From: Octopus sinensis
Taxonomy: Eukaryota
Direction of reading: 5' to 3'
Length of the DNA: 64,000 bases
Assembly: GCF_006345805.1 (NCBI RefSeq)
Contig: NC_043025.1
Coordinates: 3,658,001 to 3,722,000 of the forward strand
Shown: positions 38,201-49,501 of the stretch, piece after piece
Layout: each line of letters opens with the position of its first letter
Numbering within the stretch: the stretch's first letter is position 1
Notes under the pieces: generated by a model
Told to the model about the DNA's origin: nothing
Database searches by the model: none
What the model saw: only the letters and a program-made list of their open reading frames with translations
Made by a program: the position numbers and the translations under genes

Positions 38201-39076
38201 GGTCAACTGCTTTTCATCCTTTCAAGGTTGATAAATTAAGCACCAGTTGCGTACTGGAGTTGATCTAATCAAATGCCCCCCTCCGCCAAAATTTGGGGCC
38301 TTGTGCCTAGAGTAGAAAAAATTATTATTATTATTATAAAGGTGGTGAGCTGGTACATTTTTATTAGCACACGAAGCATTTTGTCTGTCTTTAGGTTCTG
38401 AGTTCAAATAAATACCAGTTGTGTACTGGGGCCGATGTAATTGTCTGGTTCCCTCCCCTCAAAATTCAGGCCTTGTTTTCCTGTAGCGGAAAATTATTAT
38501 TATCATTATTATTATGACAAAATCATTTTTATTATTGTTTTAATGAAAACTTTTTTTTGGTGTTTTCTTACAAACAAAAAAGAAAAAATCTGAAAAACCA
38601 AAAATAAATAAGTAAAATAAAAATAAAGCAATATAGACATAAATAAATAAAAAGACTAATTAATAAACTGGAGAGATTTTTTTTTTTTTTTTTGATATTT
38701 ATCAACAAAACATTTCAAGAAATTGTAATGGAAAGCAGAAAAATGCTGATGTTGACTTGACTTTGTTAATTAATTAATTAATTAATTAACAAATAGACTG
38801 GCTAGCTTGGTTTCCGTGAGCCAAACCATCTAATCTATATTGAGACGATACTTTTGTGTGTACGTATGTATGGATGTGTATACACACATCCATACATATA
38901 TATGTATGTGTATACATGCATACATATATGTGTGTGTGTGTGTACATGCACAACAAAGAGCCATTGTGCAATCGGCCCTTTTCCCCCTTTCAGGATGGGG
39001 GAAGTTAAATAATTTGTTTTTATGCTTTGCAAACATGTCTTTTGGATTCTATATATATACATACACAGTATATGTA

Positions 39077-39110
<34 letters not shown>

Positions 39111-39189
39111 CCAGAGTAAGCACATAAATGTGAAACAAGGTGGTAAAAAGAGTACTCAAATACCAGAGGTAGAGTAATATGCTTTATTT

Positions 39190-39229
39190 AAAAGCTGTTA
39201 CTCAGAGTTTCACGTTTCCGTTCGTCGGG
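39190..39229 (-). ncRNA. Minimal type-I hammerhead-like motif (variant core, stem I disrupted)
   Basis: Minus strand reads CCGACGA-ACG(GAAA)CGT-GAAA-CTCTGAG-TA-ACAGC. Confidence 0.5.
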
Positions 39230-39296
39230 AACGTGAAACTCTGAGTAACAGCTTTTGTTATATTTCTACTGCTTTTAAATAAAGATTATATATTTA

Positions 39297-39329
<33 letters not shown>

Positions 39330-39332
<3 letters not shown>

Positions 39333-39520
39333 ATATCGTTAGCCACTACACACATTTTTTTTCCTCTCCTTATTTTTTCTGTGCCCCTTTCTGTAGAAGA
39401 CCGTAGGCTCGAAACGTAAAAGACTTTTTCTATTCCTGAGTATTATACAAAAACATCTGTTTGTTTTGTACACCACCTGTCTTCGTCTTTTGTTTATTTT
39501 CATAAACTTTCCCTTTAAAT
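39330..39520 (+). mobile_element. Penelope-like pseudo-LTR fragment with a degenerate hammerhead-like motif (39387-39422)
   Basis: CTTT-CTGTAGA-A-GACC(GTAG)GCTC-GAAAC-GTA-AAAG; T-rich body bounded by (TA)n. Confidence 0.5.
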
Positions 39521-39533
39521 ATATATATATATA

Positions 39534-39935
39534 GGCGTAGGAGTGGCTGTGTGGTAAGTAGCTTGCTAACCAACCACATGGTCCCGGGTTCAGTCCCACT
39601 GCGTGGCATCTTGGGCAAGTGTCTTCTGCTATAGCCCCGGGCCGACCAATGCCTTGTGAGTGGATTTGGTAGACGGAAACTGAAAGAAGCCTGTCGTGTA
39701 TATGTATATATATATATGTATGTGTGTGTTTGTGTGTCTGCTGTATTTGTCCCCTAGCATTGCTTGACAACCGATGCTGGTGTGTTTACGTCCCCGTCAC
39801 TTAGCGGTTCGGCAAAAAGAGACCGATAGAATAAGTACTGGGCTTACAAAGAATAAGTCCTGGGGTCGATTTGCTCGACTAAAGGCGGTGCTCCAGCATG
39901 GCCGCAGTCAAAATGACTGAAACAAGTAAAAGAGT
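39534..39935 (+). mobile_element. SINE family A
   Basis: Match to 336-780. Confidence 0.9.
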
Positions 39936-41029
39936 ATATATATATATATACACACACACACACTATGCTGTGCATGTATGTATAGAATCCAAATAAAATT
40001 TTTGCAAAGCATAAAATCTATTTAACTTCCCCACTCTTGAAGCGGGAGAAAAAGGGACGATTGCTCAATAGCTCTTTGTTTTGCATGTGTATATGTACAT
40101 ATGTGTGTGTTGTGTATACATACATACAGGCATGTGTGGATAAATTGTATATAAATTTACATGTATATATCTTATATGCATTACATATGTAGACAGAACC
40201 TCACACACACTCATTATCGTTACGTGCATGCATACTGTCTCTGTGTTAATTAACATTCTGTCATTGAATATACTGATACGCAAAAAAAAAAAGAAAGAAA
40301 ATAATACAAAAAACAAACGAAAGCAGTTAACATTACTCATAAGATGTTCCAATGAGGTACTGCAAACTACTTTGTCTCTAGGGAAAAATGTGGTTTTGAC
40401 ACTTTTGATAATCAGGTGTAAATAGTTGAGCAGGCAGCTCTGTGGTTTGGCCATGGACCTACTCTCTGCACAGCAAGTCTGTATATGTTGAACTCTTTTA
40501 CTAGAAGAGGGGTGACGATGATTTCAAAGTTCCAGACTGTCTTTAACTTGGAAGTCACTGTCGCTGCCCCACTCCCTTGACATGTAAAAGTACAATAAAC
40601 ATGTCCTCTATAAAAAAAGAAAGAAAAAAGATTGACTAATTCTTCATTTTCATGTTTACTTCTTTTTATATATAACCTTGCATAAAAACAAACATTACAT
40701 ACATATGTATACACACACACACACACATATATCACCCACATAAATATGTATGTATACACACACAGATATACATGTATATACACATACATATATATACATA
40801 CATATACCACTTCATTATCCTTGTTGTATTCAACTGTATTTTGTTGTCAATAGCTGTGAACAATAACAATTGTTTCAATCACATCACCTGCCTTTGGTCT
40901 TCTTTTTCTCTTTTGCATGACTTTCCTTCTCTTTCTTCCAATCCTGTTCTTTGCAACCGGTATCCATATGACCCTTTAGTAAGTGGGTGCCACAGTAGTA
41001 TATTAGTCCTTAGTAGACGACAGGGCTGA

Positions 41030-41190
41030 TCTATCGGCCGGAAAGTCGAATGACGAAGTAGACATCAGAGCCGATCTGTCGGCCCGATAATACAAGCCTC
41101 GAGATTAGCTGACTGGTCTTCATACCAACCAATCAGATTGCTTTTCGCATTTCTTGCACATCTGGGCCTTTCAATGGCGGCTTCCACGAT
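41030..41190. promoter_or_regulatory. CpG-rich promoter-like segment
   Basis: CCGGAA, CCAATCAG and AATGGCGGC motifs within 150 bp, upstream of the ATG at 41260. Confidence 0.35.
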
Positions 41191-41259
41191 AGTTTGCTGT
41201 GTTCTGTGATTTTACATTGATTATTTTTGTGTTCCAAGGGAGCACCATGAAATTTCACC

Positions 41260-42410
41260 ATGTCCGACAGTGGCACCGATGAAAATATCCTTAGCAAGAT
41301 ATTCTTCTTGTTTTATGTTCAAACTGACCACATCTGGCTTCTCACACCTATCTTACAATGTCACACTAAAAATAACCAATTACATCTTTGAAATCTTGAA
41401 GCTACAAGATAATGCAGGTGGCACGTAAAAAGCACCCACTACACTCAGGGAGTGGTTGGCGTTAGGAAGGGCATCCAGCTGTAGAAACACTGCCAGATCA
41501 GACTGGAGCCTGGTGCAGCCTTCTGGCTTCCCAGATCCCCGGTCGAACCGTCCAACCCATGCCAGCATGGAGAACGGACGTTAAATGATGATGATGATGA
41601 ATTCAAAACTAAATAATCATTCTATTTGAATGCTAAAAAGCTAAAGAATAGTTTTGTAAATGCTTCTTTCAAAATATTTGGCTTTTCACACGTGCAACAG
41701 TACTGTCTGAGAGAACATGGCTCAGTGACCAGAAACAGGTAAACCACGAGAGAAAGAAACCTAGCTGTTTCTTGCACAGTACCACCTGACTGGCCCATGT
41801 GTAAAAATTCGAGCGAGGTTGTTGCCAGTACCATCTGACTGGCCCCCGTGCTGGTGGCATGTAAAAGCACCCACTACACTCTTGGAGTGGTTGGCGTTAG
41901 GAAGGGCATCCAGCTGTAGAAACTCTGCCAGATCAAGACTTAATTTCTCACAGCTTAGCAATGAATCTGACACTAGTGGAAACAACCAGGAAAGTAATGG
42001 AGAAGATCAAAATGATGATAATGTTGTGGCATGCTGTCGTAACGTTGTGAGTTCAAATTCCGCCGAGGTCGACTTTGCTTTTCATCCTTTCGGGGTCGAT
42101 AAATTAAGCACCAGTTACGCACTGGGGTCGATGTAATCGACTTAATACCTATGTTTAGCCCCTTGTGGGTAATAAAGAAATAGGCATAAGCGACCCCAGG
42201 TGAATACTTTGTTGTTTTTCATATGGAATCTAATTCAAATGTTTGTCAGGGAGACCAATAAGTATACTACTGAATTTCTCTGAAACGCTCAGCTCAAGAT
42301 GAGGTCCCTAGGTTACAAATGGCTCCGTCTTCTTGACACTGGAACTCGAAACGAGGCTGGTTTTTTGGTTAAGGCATGGACCCATAACCTTTTAGCTAAG
42401 GGTACATGAA
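41260..42410 (+). pseudogene. Fragmented piggyBac-like transposase N-terminus
   Basis: MSDSGTDENIL|SNESDTSGNNQE acidic start rejoined across an insertion; LIQMFVRETNKY resembles the piggyBac IVxETNxY motif; followed by RSLGYKW. Confidence 0.45.
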
Positions 42411-43146
42411 TAATTTTTTTCTTTCAGATGTATTTCATCATCATCATCATCATCGTTGCTTAACATTCGCTTTCCATGCTAGCATGGGTTGGATGGTTTG
42501 ACTGTGGGCAAGCTGGCAGAGTCGTTAGCATGCCATTACGTTCTGAGTTCAAATTACGCCGAGGTCGACTTAATCCGTTTGTCTGTCGTTGTTTGTCCCC
42601 ACTGTGTTTAGCCTCTTGTGAGTAGTTAAGAAATAGGTTTGACTGTGGGCTGGCGAACCAGATGGCTGCACTAAGCTCCAGTCTTGATCTGGCAGAGTTT
42701 CTACAGCTGGATGCCCTTCCTAACGTCAACCACTCCGAGAGTGTAGTGGGTGCTTTTACATGCCACCAGCACGGGGGCCAGTCAGATGGTACTGGCAACG
42801 ACCTCGCTCGAATTTTTACATATGGGCCAGTCAGGTGGTACTGTGCAAGAAACAGCTAGGTTTCTTTCTCTCGTGGTTTACCTGTTTCTGGCCACTGAGC
42901 CATGTTCTCTCAGACAGTACTGTTGCACGTGTGAAAAGCCAAATATTTTGAAAGAAGTATTTATAAAACTATTCTTTAGCTTTTTAGCATTCAAATAGAA
43001 TGATTATTTAGTTTTGAATTAATTGTGCATTATCTTGTAGCTTCAAGATTTCAAAGATGTAATTGGTTATTTTTAGCGTGACATTGTAAGATAGGTGTGA
43101 GAAGCCAGATGTGGTCAGTTTGAACATAAAACAAGAAGAATATCTT
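41296..43146. repeat. Inverted duplication, arms 41296-41940 and 42680-43146
   Basis: About 465-bp reverse-complement match; the left arm carries an extra RTE-UTR insertion at 41417-41599. Confidence 0.9.
42510..42635 (+). mobile_element. Internally deleted SINE family B with 15-bp TSD
   Basis: GGTTTGACTGTGGGC at 42495-42509 and 42636-42650. Confidence 0.88.
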
Positions 43147-43368
43147 ATCTGGCTCAAATGCTAAAGGGTTAATATCAAACGGTTACGAGGGTCCATCAGA
43201 ACAAAATATTAATCAGAGGTCCAGAGGTAAATAAGGGTCAAGAACTACTGCCCTATTGCATTCTCATGATTATTATTCCTTTCTGATTTAACCCCACCCC
43301 TTTACTTCTCTTCTCCAAACCCTTTCAAGGTAGGCATCTCACCATTTCAATGACAAAAGATGGCCAGT

Positions 43369-43840
43369 TTTACCCTTTCGTTACCGTATTTATTTTGAGA
43401 TGCTCTCTGTTTCTTCCAATTACTTTGAATATAACAAAGAATTTAGTAAAATAACTTAGTTATCATTAAGCTAGTGTTAGGAACATAAATTGTGGCTAAG
43501 GTTTGGTGGAAGATTTTAATTCAGAACATATGAAAACAAGACATTTGTACTACAGAGCCAGAGGTGGTTTCAGCCAGGTTGGTATCAAAAAGGTTAAAAA
43601 TATCATGGTGACTTTAACCCTTTGTTACCATATTTCTGTTGAGATGTTCTGTGTTTCTTTCAATTAATTTTAAATATAACAAAGAATTTAGTAAAATAAC
43701 TTGGTTATCATTAAGCTAGTGTTAGGAACATAAATTGTGACTAAGGTTTGGTGGAAGGATTTAATTCAAAACTTAGGAAAACAAGACATTTGTACTACAG
43801 AGCCAGAGGCGGTTTCAGCCGGGTTGGTATTGAAAGGGTT
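43369..43840. mobile_element. piggyBac-type MITE dimer
   Basis: Two units joined by TTAAAAATATCATGGTGACTTTAA. Confidence 0.85.
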
Positions 43841-43991
43841 CCCTGAAGATTAGGCCACCAAAGCATTCGAGAGATGACAAGATTCTATAAGTGGGATTAA
43901 CTCTGAAAAAATATAATTTAGGAATTGACATGTAATTCTTTAAAAAACGTTGGTAGGGCTCAATTTCCTTAAGGTTTTTTAAAAGTTGTTC

Positions 43992-44377
43992 AAGGAGTGG
44001 CTGTGTGGTAAGTAGCTTGCTTATCAACCATATGGTTCTGGGTTCAGTCCCACTGCGTGGAACCTTGGGCAAGCTTCTACTATAGCCTCGGGCTGACCAA
44101 AGCCTTGTGAGTGGATTTGGTAGACGGAAACTGAAAGAAGCCTGTCGTGTGTATGTATATATATGTATTTTTGTGTGTCTGTGTTTGTCTCCCTAGCATT
44201 GTTTGACAACCGACGGTGGTGTGTTCATGTCCCTGTAACTTAGCGGTTCAGCAAAAGAGACCGATAGAATAAGTACTAGGCTTACAATGAATAAGTCCTG
44301 GGGTCGATTTGCTCGACTAAAGGCGGTGCTCCAGCATGGCTGCAGTCAAATGACTGAAACGAGTAAAGAGTAAGAGT
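43992..44377 (+). mobile_element. SINE family A
   Basis: Match to 336-780. Confidence 0.9.
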
Positions 44378-44756
44378 ATAGTCCAACTGGGGGGAAGGTT
44401 AGCAGTGGGGAAGAAGGGGAGCTGGGTGAAAAGCATTAATACTGGCAGGAGGAGACGGCGGTAGGCTGGTTATTATGGGAGTTGTGAGGTGAATAAAGGA
44501 ATGAGCAGGACTAATTCTGGCCATATCTGATGGTAGAAGGAGTAGGAAAGAGAGCGGGGGTATGAGTTAACTCTAGAATGTGTAGGAAGAGGTGGGGAGC
44601 AGAAGAGTGACGGTTGGATGTAACAAAATTGATTGGTCACTTGCCACATGACCTTAAAACTTTATTTTATTTTTCGTCCCCTTCAACTGACCAACAATGT
44701 TTAATCCAACCAGGACATTGTGTGACAGATGGCCAAGTGAGGGGAGTGTGTGGGCC

Positions 44757-45670
44757 AGCTGAAAAAGAGACAATTTCTACTCTTCTTCTCTGGAAGCCAT
44801 CTACTTGCAATACCAGAGGGAGCACACTCTTCGAGAGGCAGTTGGATGGAACCTACACTCGCCTCCTTATGAGAGCTCAAAATCTCTCGTGGAGGCGCCA
44901 TCCAACCAAAGTACAAATATATGGGAAACTACCACCAGTGTCATCTCTTGTGAAAAGTAGGAGAGTCCAGTTTGCTGGACATTGTTGTAGAGCTGAAAAA
45001 GAGGCAATTTCTACTCTTCTCCTCTGGAAGCCATCTACTCGCGATACCAGAGGGCACACACTCTTCGAGAGGCAGTTGGATGGAACCTACACTCGCCTCC
45101 TTATGAGAGCTCAAAATCTCTCATGGAAGCATCATCCAACCAAAGTACAAATATATGGTAAACTACCACCTGTGTCATCTCTTGTGAAAAGTAGGAGAGT
45201 CCAGTTTGCTGGACATTGTTGTAGAGCTGAAAAAGAGGTAATTTCTACTCTTCTCCTCTGGAAGCCATCTGCTCGCGATACCAGTGGGCGCACACTCTTC
45301 GAGAGGCAGTTGGATGGAACCTACACTTGCCTCCTTATGAGAGCTCAAAATCTCTCGTGGAGGCGCCATCCAACCAAAGTACAAATATATGGGAAAATAC
45401 CACCTGTGTCGTCTCTTGTAAAAGGTAGGAGAGTCCAGTTTGCTGGACATTGTTGTAGAGCTGAAATCGAGGCAATTTCTACTCTTCTCCTCTGGAAGCC
45501 ATCTACTCGCGATACCAGAAGGCACACACTCTTCTACCCTGATGTAATCTCCAGGGATACAGGCATCCAGCAACAGGACCTCCGTAATGCCATGATGGAC
45601 TGTGAAGTCTGGCGTAGCATGATAAATTCCATTGTCTCGACCACGGTCGAACAATGATAATGATGATGAG
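44757..45670 (+). mobile_element. RTE-group-like LINE 3' end with in-frame 234-bp tandem repeats
   Basis: ACACTCTTCGAG at 44824, 45058 and 45292; ORF ends TTVEQ* then (TGA)n. Confidence 0.88.
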
Positions 45671-45882
45671 CCACACAGAGATAGGAAGTTGGGAGTGAAT
45701 CAAAGCAGGAGAATAGATTTTGTGTTTGTGAAGGAATGCTGTGTGTGTGTGCATGTGTGCTTGTGCAAGCATTTAAAACAGTTGAAGTGCAATAACAGAA
45801 AAGTGTGTGTGTGTGTGTGTGGAGTGTTAAAACACTAAAGAGAAAAAAATGAAACGAAAGAATTTGGAGATGTACCTATATA

Positions 45883-46277
45883 GGCGCAGGAGTGGCTGTG
45901 TGGTAAGTAGCTTGCTAACCAACCACATGGTTCCGGGTTCAGTCCCACTGCGTGGCATCTTGGGCAAGTGTCTTCTGCTATAGCCCCGGGCCGACCAATG
46001 CCTTGTGAGAGGATTTGGTAAACGGAAACTGAAAGAAGCCTGTCGTATATATGTATATATATGTGTATGTGTTTGTGTGTCTGTGTTTGTCCCCCTAGCA
46101 TTGCTTGACAACCGATGCTGGTGTGTTTGCGTCCCCGTTACTTAGCGGTTCGGCAAAAGAGACCAAGAGAATAAGTACTGGGCATACAAAGAATAAGTCC
46201 CGGGGTCGATTTGCCCGACTAAAAGGCGGTGCTCCAGCATGGCCGCAGTCAAATGACTGAAACAAGTAAAAGAGAGT
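45883..46277 (+). mobile_element. SINE family A
   Basis: Match to 336-780. Confidence 0.9.
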
Positions 46278-46517
46278 ATATATAAGGTGCAAAACGAAAA
46301 TGACTCTCCCCAGACACAACAGAATATGCTTCAACACACAAACTCATATAAAGAATCTTGCAAACCAAATCCAAAAATGAAATTTAATTTTGTTGTTACT
46401 TCTTTTTAAAATCCGCCAATTTTTATTTTATTTTCGTCTCTATTTTGCATAAAAACAAATAATGCTTCAAATATTTAAAAGTAAATTTGGTTTTTTTCTA
46501 AAGTATTAAATATGTAT

Positions 46518-46702
46518 TGTGGCACGTAAAAAGCACCCACTACACTCACGGAGTGGTTGGCGTTAAGAAGGGCATCCAGCCGTAGAAACACTGCCAAATC
46601 TGACTGGGCCTGATGAAGCCTTCCGGCTTCACAGACCCCAGTTAAACCGTCCAACCCATGCTAGCATGGAAAACGGACACTAAATGATGATGATGATGAT
46701 GA
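46518..46702 (+). mobile_element. RTE 3' end, short copy
   Basis: GTGGCACGTAAAAAGCACCC...AAATGATGATG. Confidence 0.88.
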
Positions 46703-46892
46703 ATATCGTTTGGCGGAATTCTGGTTCAAGTGTCCCTTGTAAACCCTCGTAACTTCTTTTAGGTTTTGGAATTTTTAGAAAATTTTGCGAATTTGGGTTC
46801 AAGGGATTCATACGATTATGCAAAAAAAACTTTGTCTGTGATTTAAAAAAATAAAACAAAAGAATTTGGAGATGTATATAGGCATATATATA

Positions 46893-47212
46893 AACAATTG
46901 CAGCGTGGAAGGTGTTTGTAAGCCATTTAAGAAACACACAAAAACCGTTAGATTCACTTCAATATTTAAATTTAATTTGCCAAAATATTTTCGTCACTTT
47001 AAGACTGACCTAGCATGGAATTTTGTCAGTGAACAGGTCGCGGTCTCAAAGCGACGAACATATTTTGACAAATTAAGTTTAAATGTTGAAGTGAATCTAA
47101 CGGTTTTTGTGTGTTCCTTAAATGGCTTACAAACACCTTCCACGCTGCAATTGTTTTCGTTCCAGCACACGATCTCAGATCAAGTCACTTGCTATGCAAG
47201 TACATCTCCGTA

Positions 47213-47243
<31 letters not shown>

Positions 47244-47328
47244 TGGTAGAAATGACTAATTGTCCCTCCTAGCGTGTGGCATGTAATGTATAATGCTCTC
47301 TGGCATGTATGTATAATGCCCTCTATAT

Positions 47329-47359
<31 letters not shown>

Positions 47360-47554
47360 AGCATGGAATTTTGTCAGTGAACAGGTCGCGGTCTCAAAGC
47401 GAGGAAAATATTTTGACAAATTAAATTTAAATGTTGAGGTGAATCTAACAGTTTTTTGTTTCTTAAATGGCTTATAAACACCTTCCACGCTGCAATTGTT
47501 TTCGTTCCAGCACACGATCTCAGATCAAGTCACTCGCTATGCAAGTACATCTCC
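46893..47554. repeat. Fold-back (46893-47155) plus a direct second copy (47359-47554) of an unidentified, possibly Penelope-like, repeat
   Basis: About 118-bp imperfect arms; 47011-47209 repeated after (TA)n. Confidence 0.8.
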
Positions 47555-47725
47555 ATAAAAATAAATAAAATAAATCCACCCACCCCCAAATTTCCACTTA
47601 TTTCTTATTTTTATTTTCTTAAAATTTTCATTGCGTCTTGCAAACCTTTTCAATAGTCTTGACTCTGTGTGTGTGGGTGTGAGTGTGTGTGTACGCACCT
47701 TTTTTTTTCTATATGTAAGCATATA

Positions 47726-48130
47726 GGCGCAGGAGTGGCTGTGTGGTAAGTAGCTTGCTAACCAACCACATGGTTCCGGGTTCAGTCCCACTGCGTGGCA
47801 CCTTGGGCAAGTGTCTTCTGCTATAGCCCCGGGCCGACCAATGCCTTGTGAGTGGATTTGGTAGATGGAAACTCAAAGAAGCCTGTCGTATATATGTATA
47901 TATATATATATGTATGTGTGTGTATATGTTTGTGTGTCTGTGTTTGTCCCCCTAGCATTGCTTGACAACCGATGCTGGTGTGTTTATGTCCTCGTTACTT
48001 AGCGGTTCGGCAAAAATATACCGATAGAATAAGTACTGGGCTTACAAAAGAATAAGTCCCGGGGTCGATCTGCTCGACTAAAGGCGGTGCTCCAGCATGG
48101 CCGCAGTCAAATGACTGAAACAAGTAAAAA
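47726..48130 (+). mobile_element. SINE family A
   Basis: Match to 336-780. Confidence 0.9.
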
Positions 48131-48203
48131 AAATATATATATAGATATGAAAATAAACAGATCAACATACAGACGGATAGGTACAGAGGTTAAAAGAACA
48201 GAC

Positions 48204-48993
48204 GGATCTTTTCGGTTTGAACGGCAGTTTTTAACATAATTTCTAGGTAACTAGATACTTTTAAACTTCGTATACTGGTAGAATGTGTTTATAAAACATC
48301 TTTTTCTCTTGGCTTTATTGAGAAAATTCTATGGTTTGTAAGATATTTGTTGTTTTTTTTTCTTCAATTTCCGCAATTTCAACCATTCACTGATGTCTAT
48401 TGAGGTAAAAAAAAACATTCTTTGCCATATGAATATGTCTCTCGTTTAAGAAACAGATTGGATTTATTTACATTTCTGAAGAAAAAAATATACCCTTTCC
48501 CACACCCCTAACCCTAACCCTTTAAATAGATTGAAATGCAATAGATCGATACTAGGGTCATAATTATGGGTGACAATTTCATATGACACCGCTTGAAAAA
48601 ACTGCCGTTCAAACCGAAAAGATCCGATTTTAAAAATAATTTCTATGTAACTAAACACTTTTAAACTTCGTATACTGGTAGAATGTGTTTAAAATTGCTG
48701 TTGATACATTACGGCAGAAATCGTTTTCACCGCAATAGACGTCATTGATTGGTTGAAATTGCCGAAAATTAAGAAATTAAAGACCAAATATCTTACAAAC
48801 TACAGAATTTTCTCAATAAAGCCAAAAGAAAAAGATGTTTTATAAACACATTCTACCAGTATACGAAGTTTAAAATTTTTTAGTTACCTAGAAATTATTT
48901 AAAAAAAACTGCCGGTCAAAGTGAAAAGATCCTAAAAATGTTTAGTTACAGAGAAATTATTTTAAAAATCTGGCGGTCAAACCGAAAAGATCC
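48204..48993. mobile_element. GGATC-TIR MITE composite
   Basis: Full copy at 48204-48625, then restart and inverted ends at 48932 and 48993. Confidence 0.8.
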
Positions 48994-49501
48994 GGCACGA
49001 AAAGAAAATGACTCTCTCCAGGAACACAACAGAACAAAACTAAAAATTTTTCTACTTTTCAGCTGAAGGCCTTTAGTCGTGTTTCTGGTGGGAAAGGATT
49101 TTGTGGTCTGCAGACAAGCGTCAGTAAAAAAAGACAATAGCTTCCGCTGCCGCCGAGATTTGAACTTGCAACCGCTGGATTATGAATGTCGTTGTCGAAA
49201 TGAATAATTACAAGCAGCAGCCGAAGCTAATTAAAAGGCCGATCCGCGTCGTTCCTCATAAAAGGCAGAAATTCAATACGAGAATCCGCCAGAAGCTGGC
49301 TGCGGTCAGCGATGTTCCCCTGACCCCTATCTCTTATAATTGCAACATGCGACCCCCGGAATGAGAACCAAACAATTCTACCAAAGAGACGAAGAAAACG
49401 TCGAAAAAAGCCGTCAAGAGACCAGCAAGAAATAATTCAGTACAGTCAGGAAGTGGTTTGTATAATTCTTGGTAGTTCTTTTTGTTGTTTGTTGTTTTGT
49501 A

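Noticed and set aside
40412-40810. Minus-strand 132-aa ORF as an exon
   Set aside because: The first half is microsatellite translation; the rest has no motif and no clear splice pair.
44614-45657. 347-aa ORF as a host gene
   Set aside because: It is a tandemly repeated LINE RT C-terminus; the start is a non-ATG codon in unrelated sequence.
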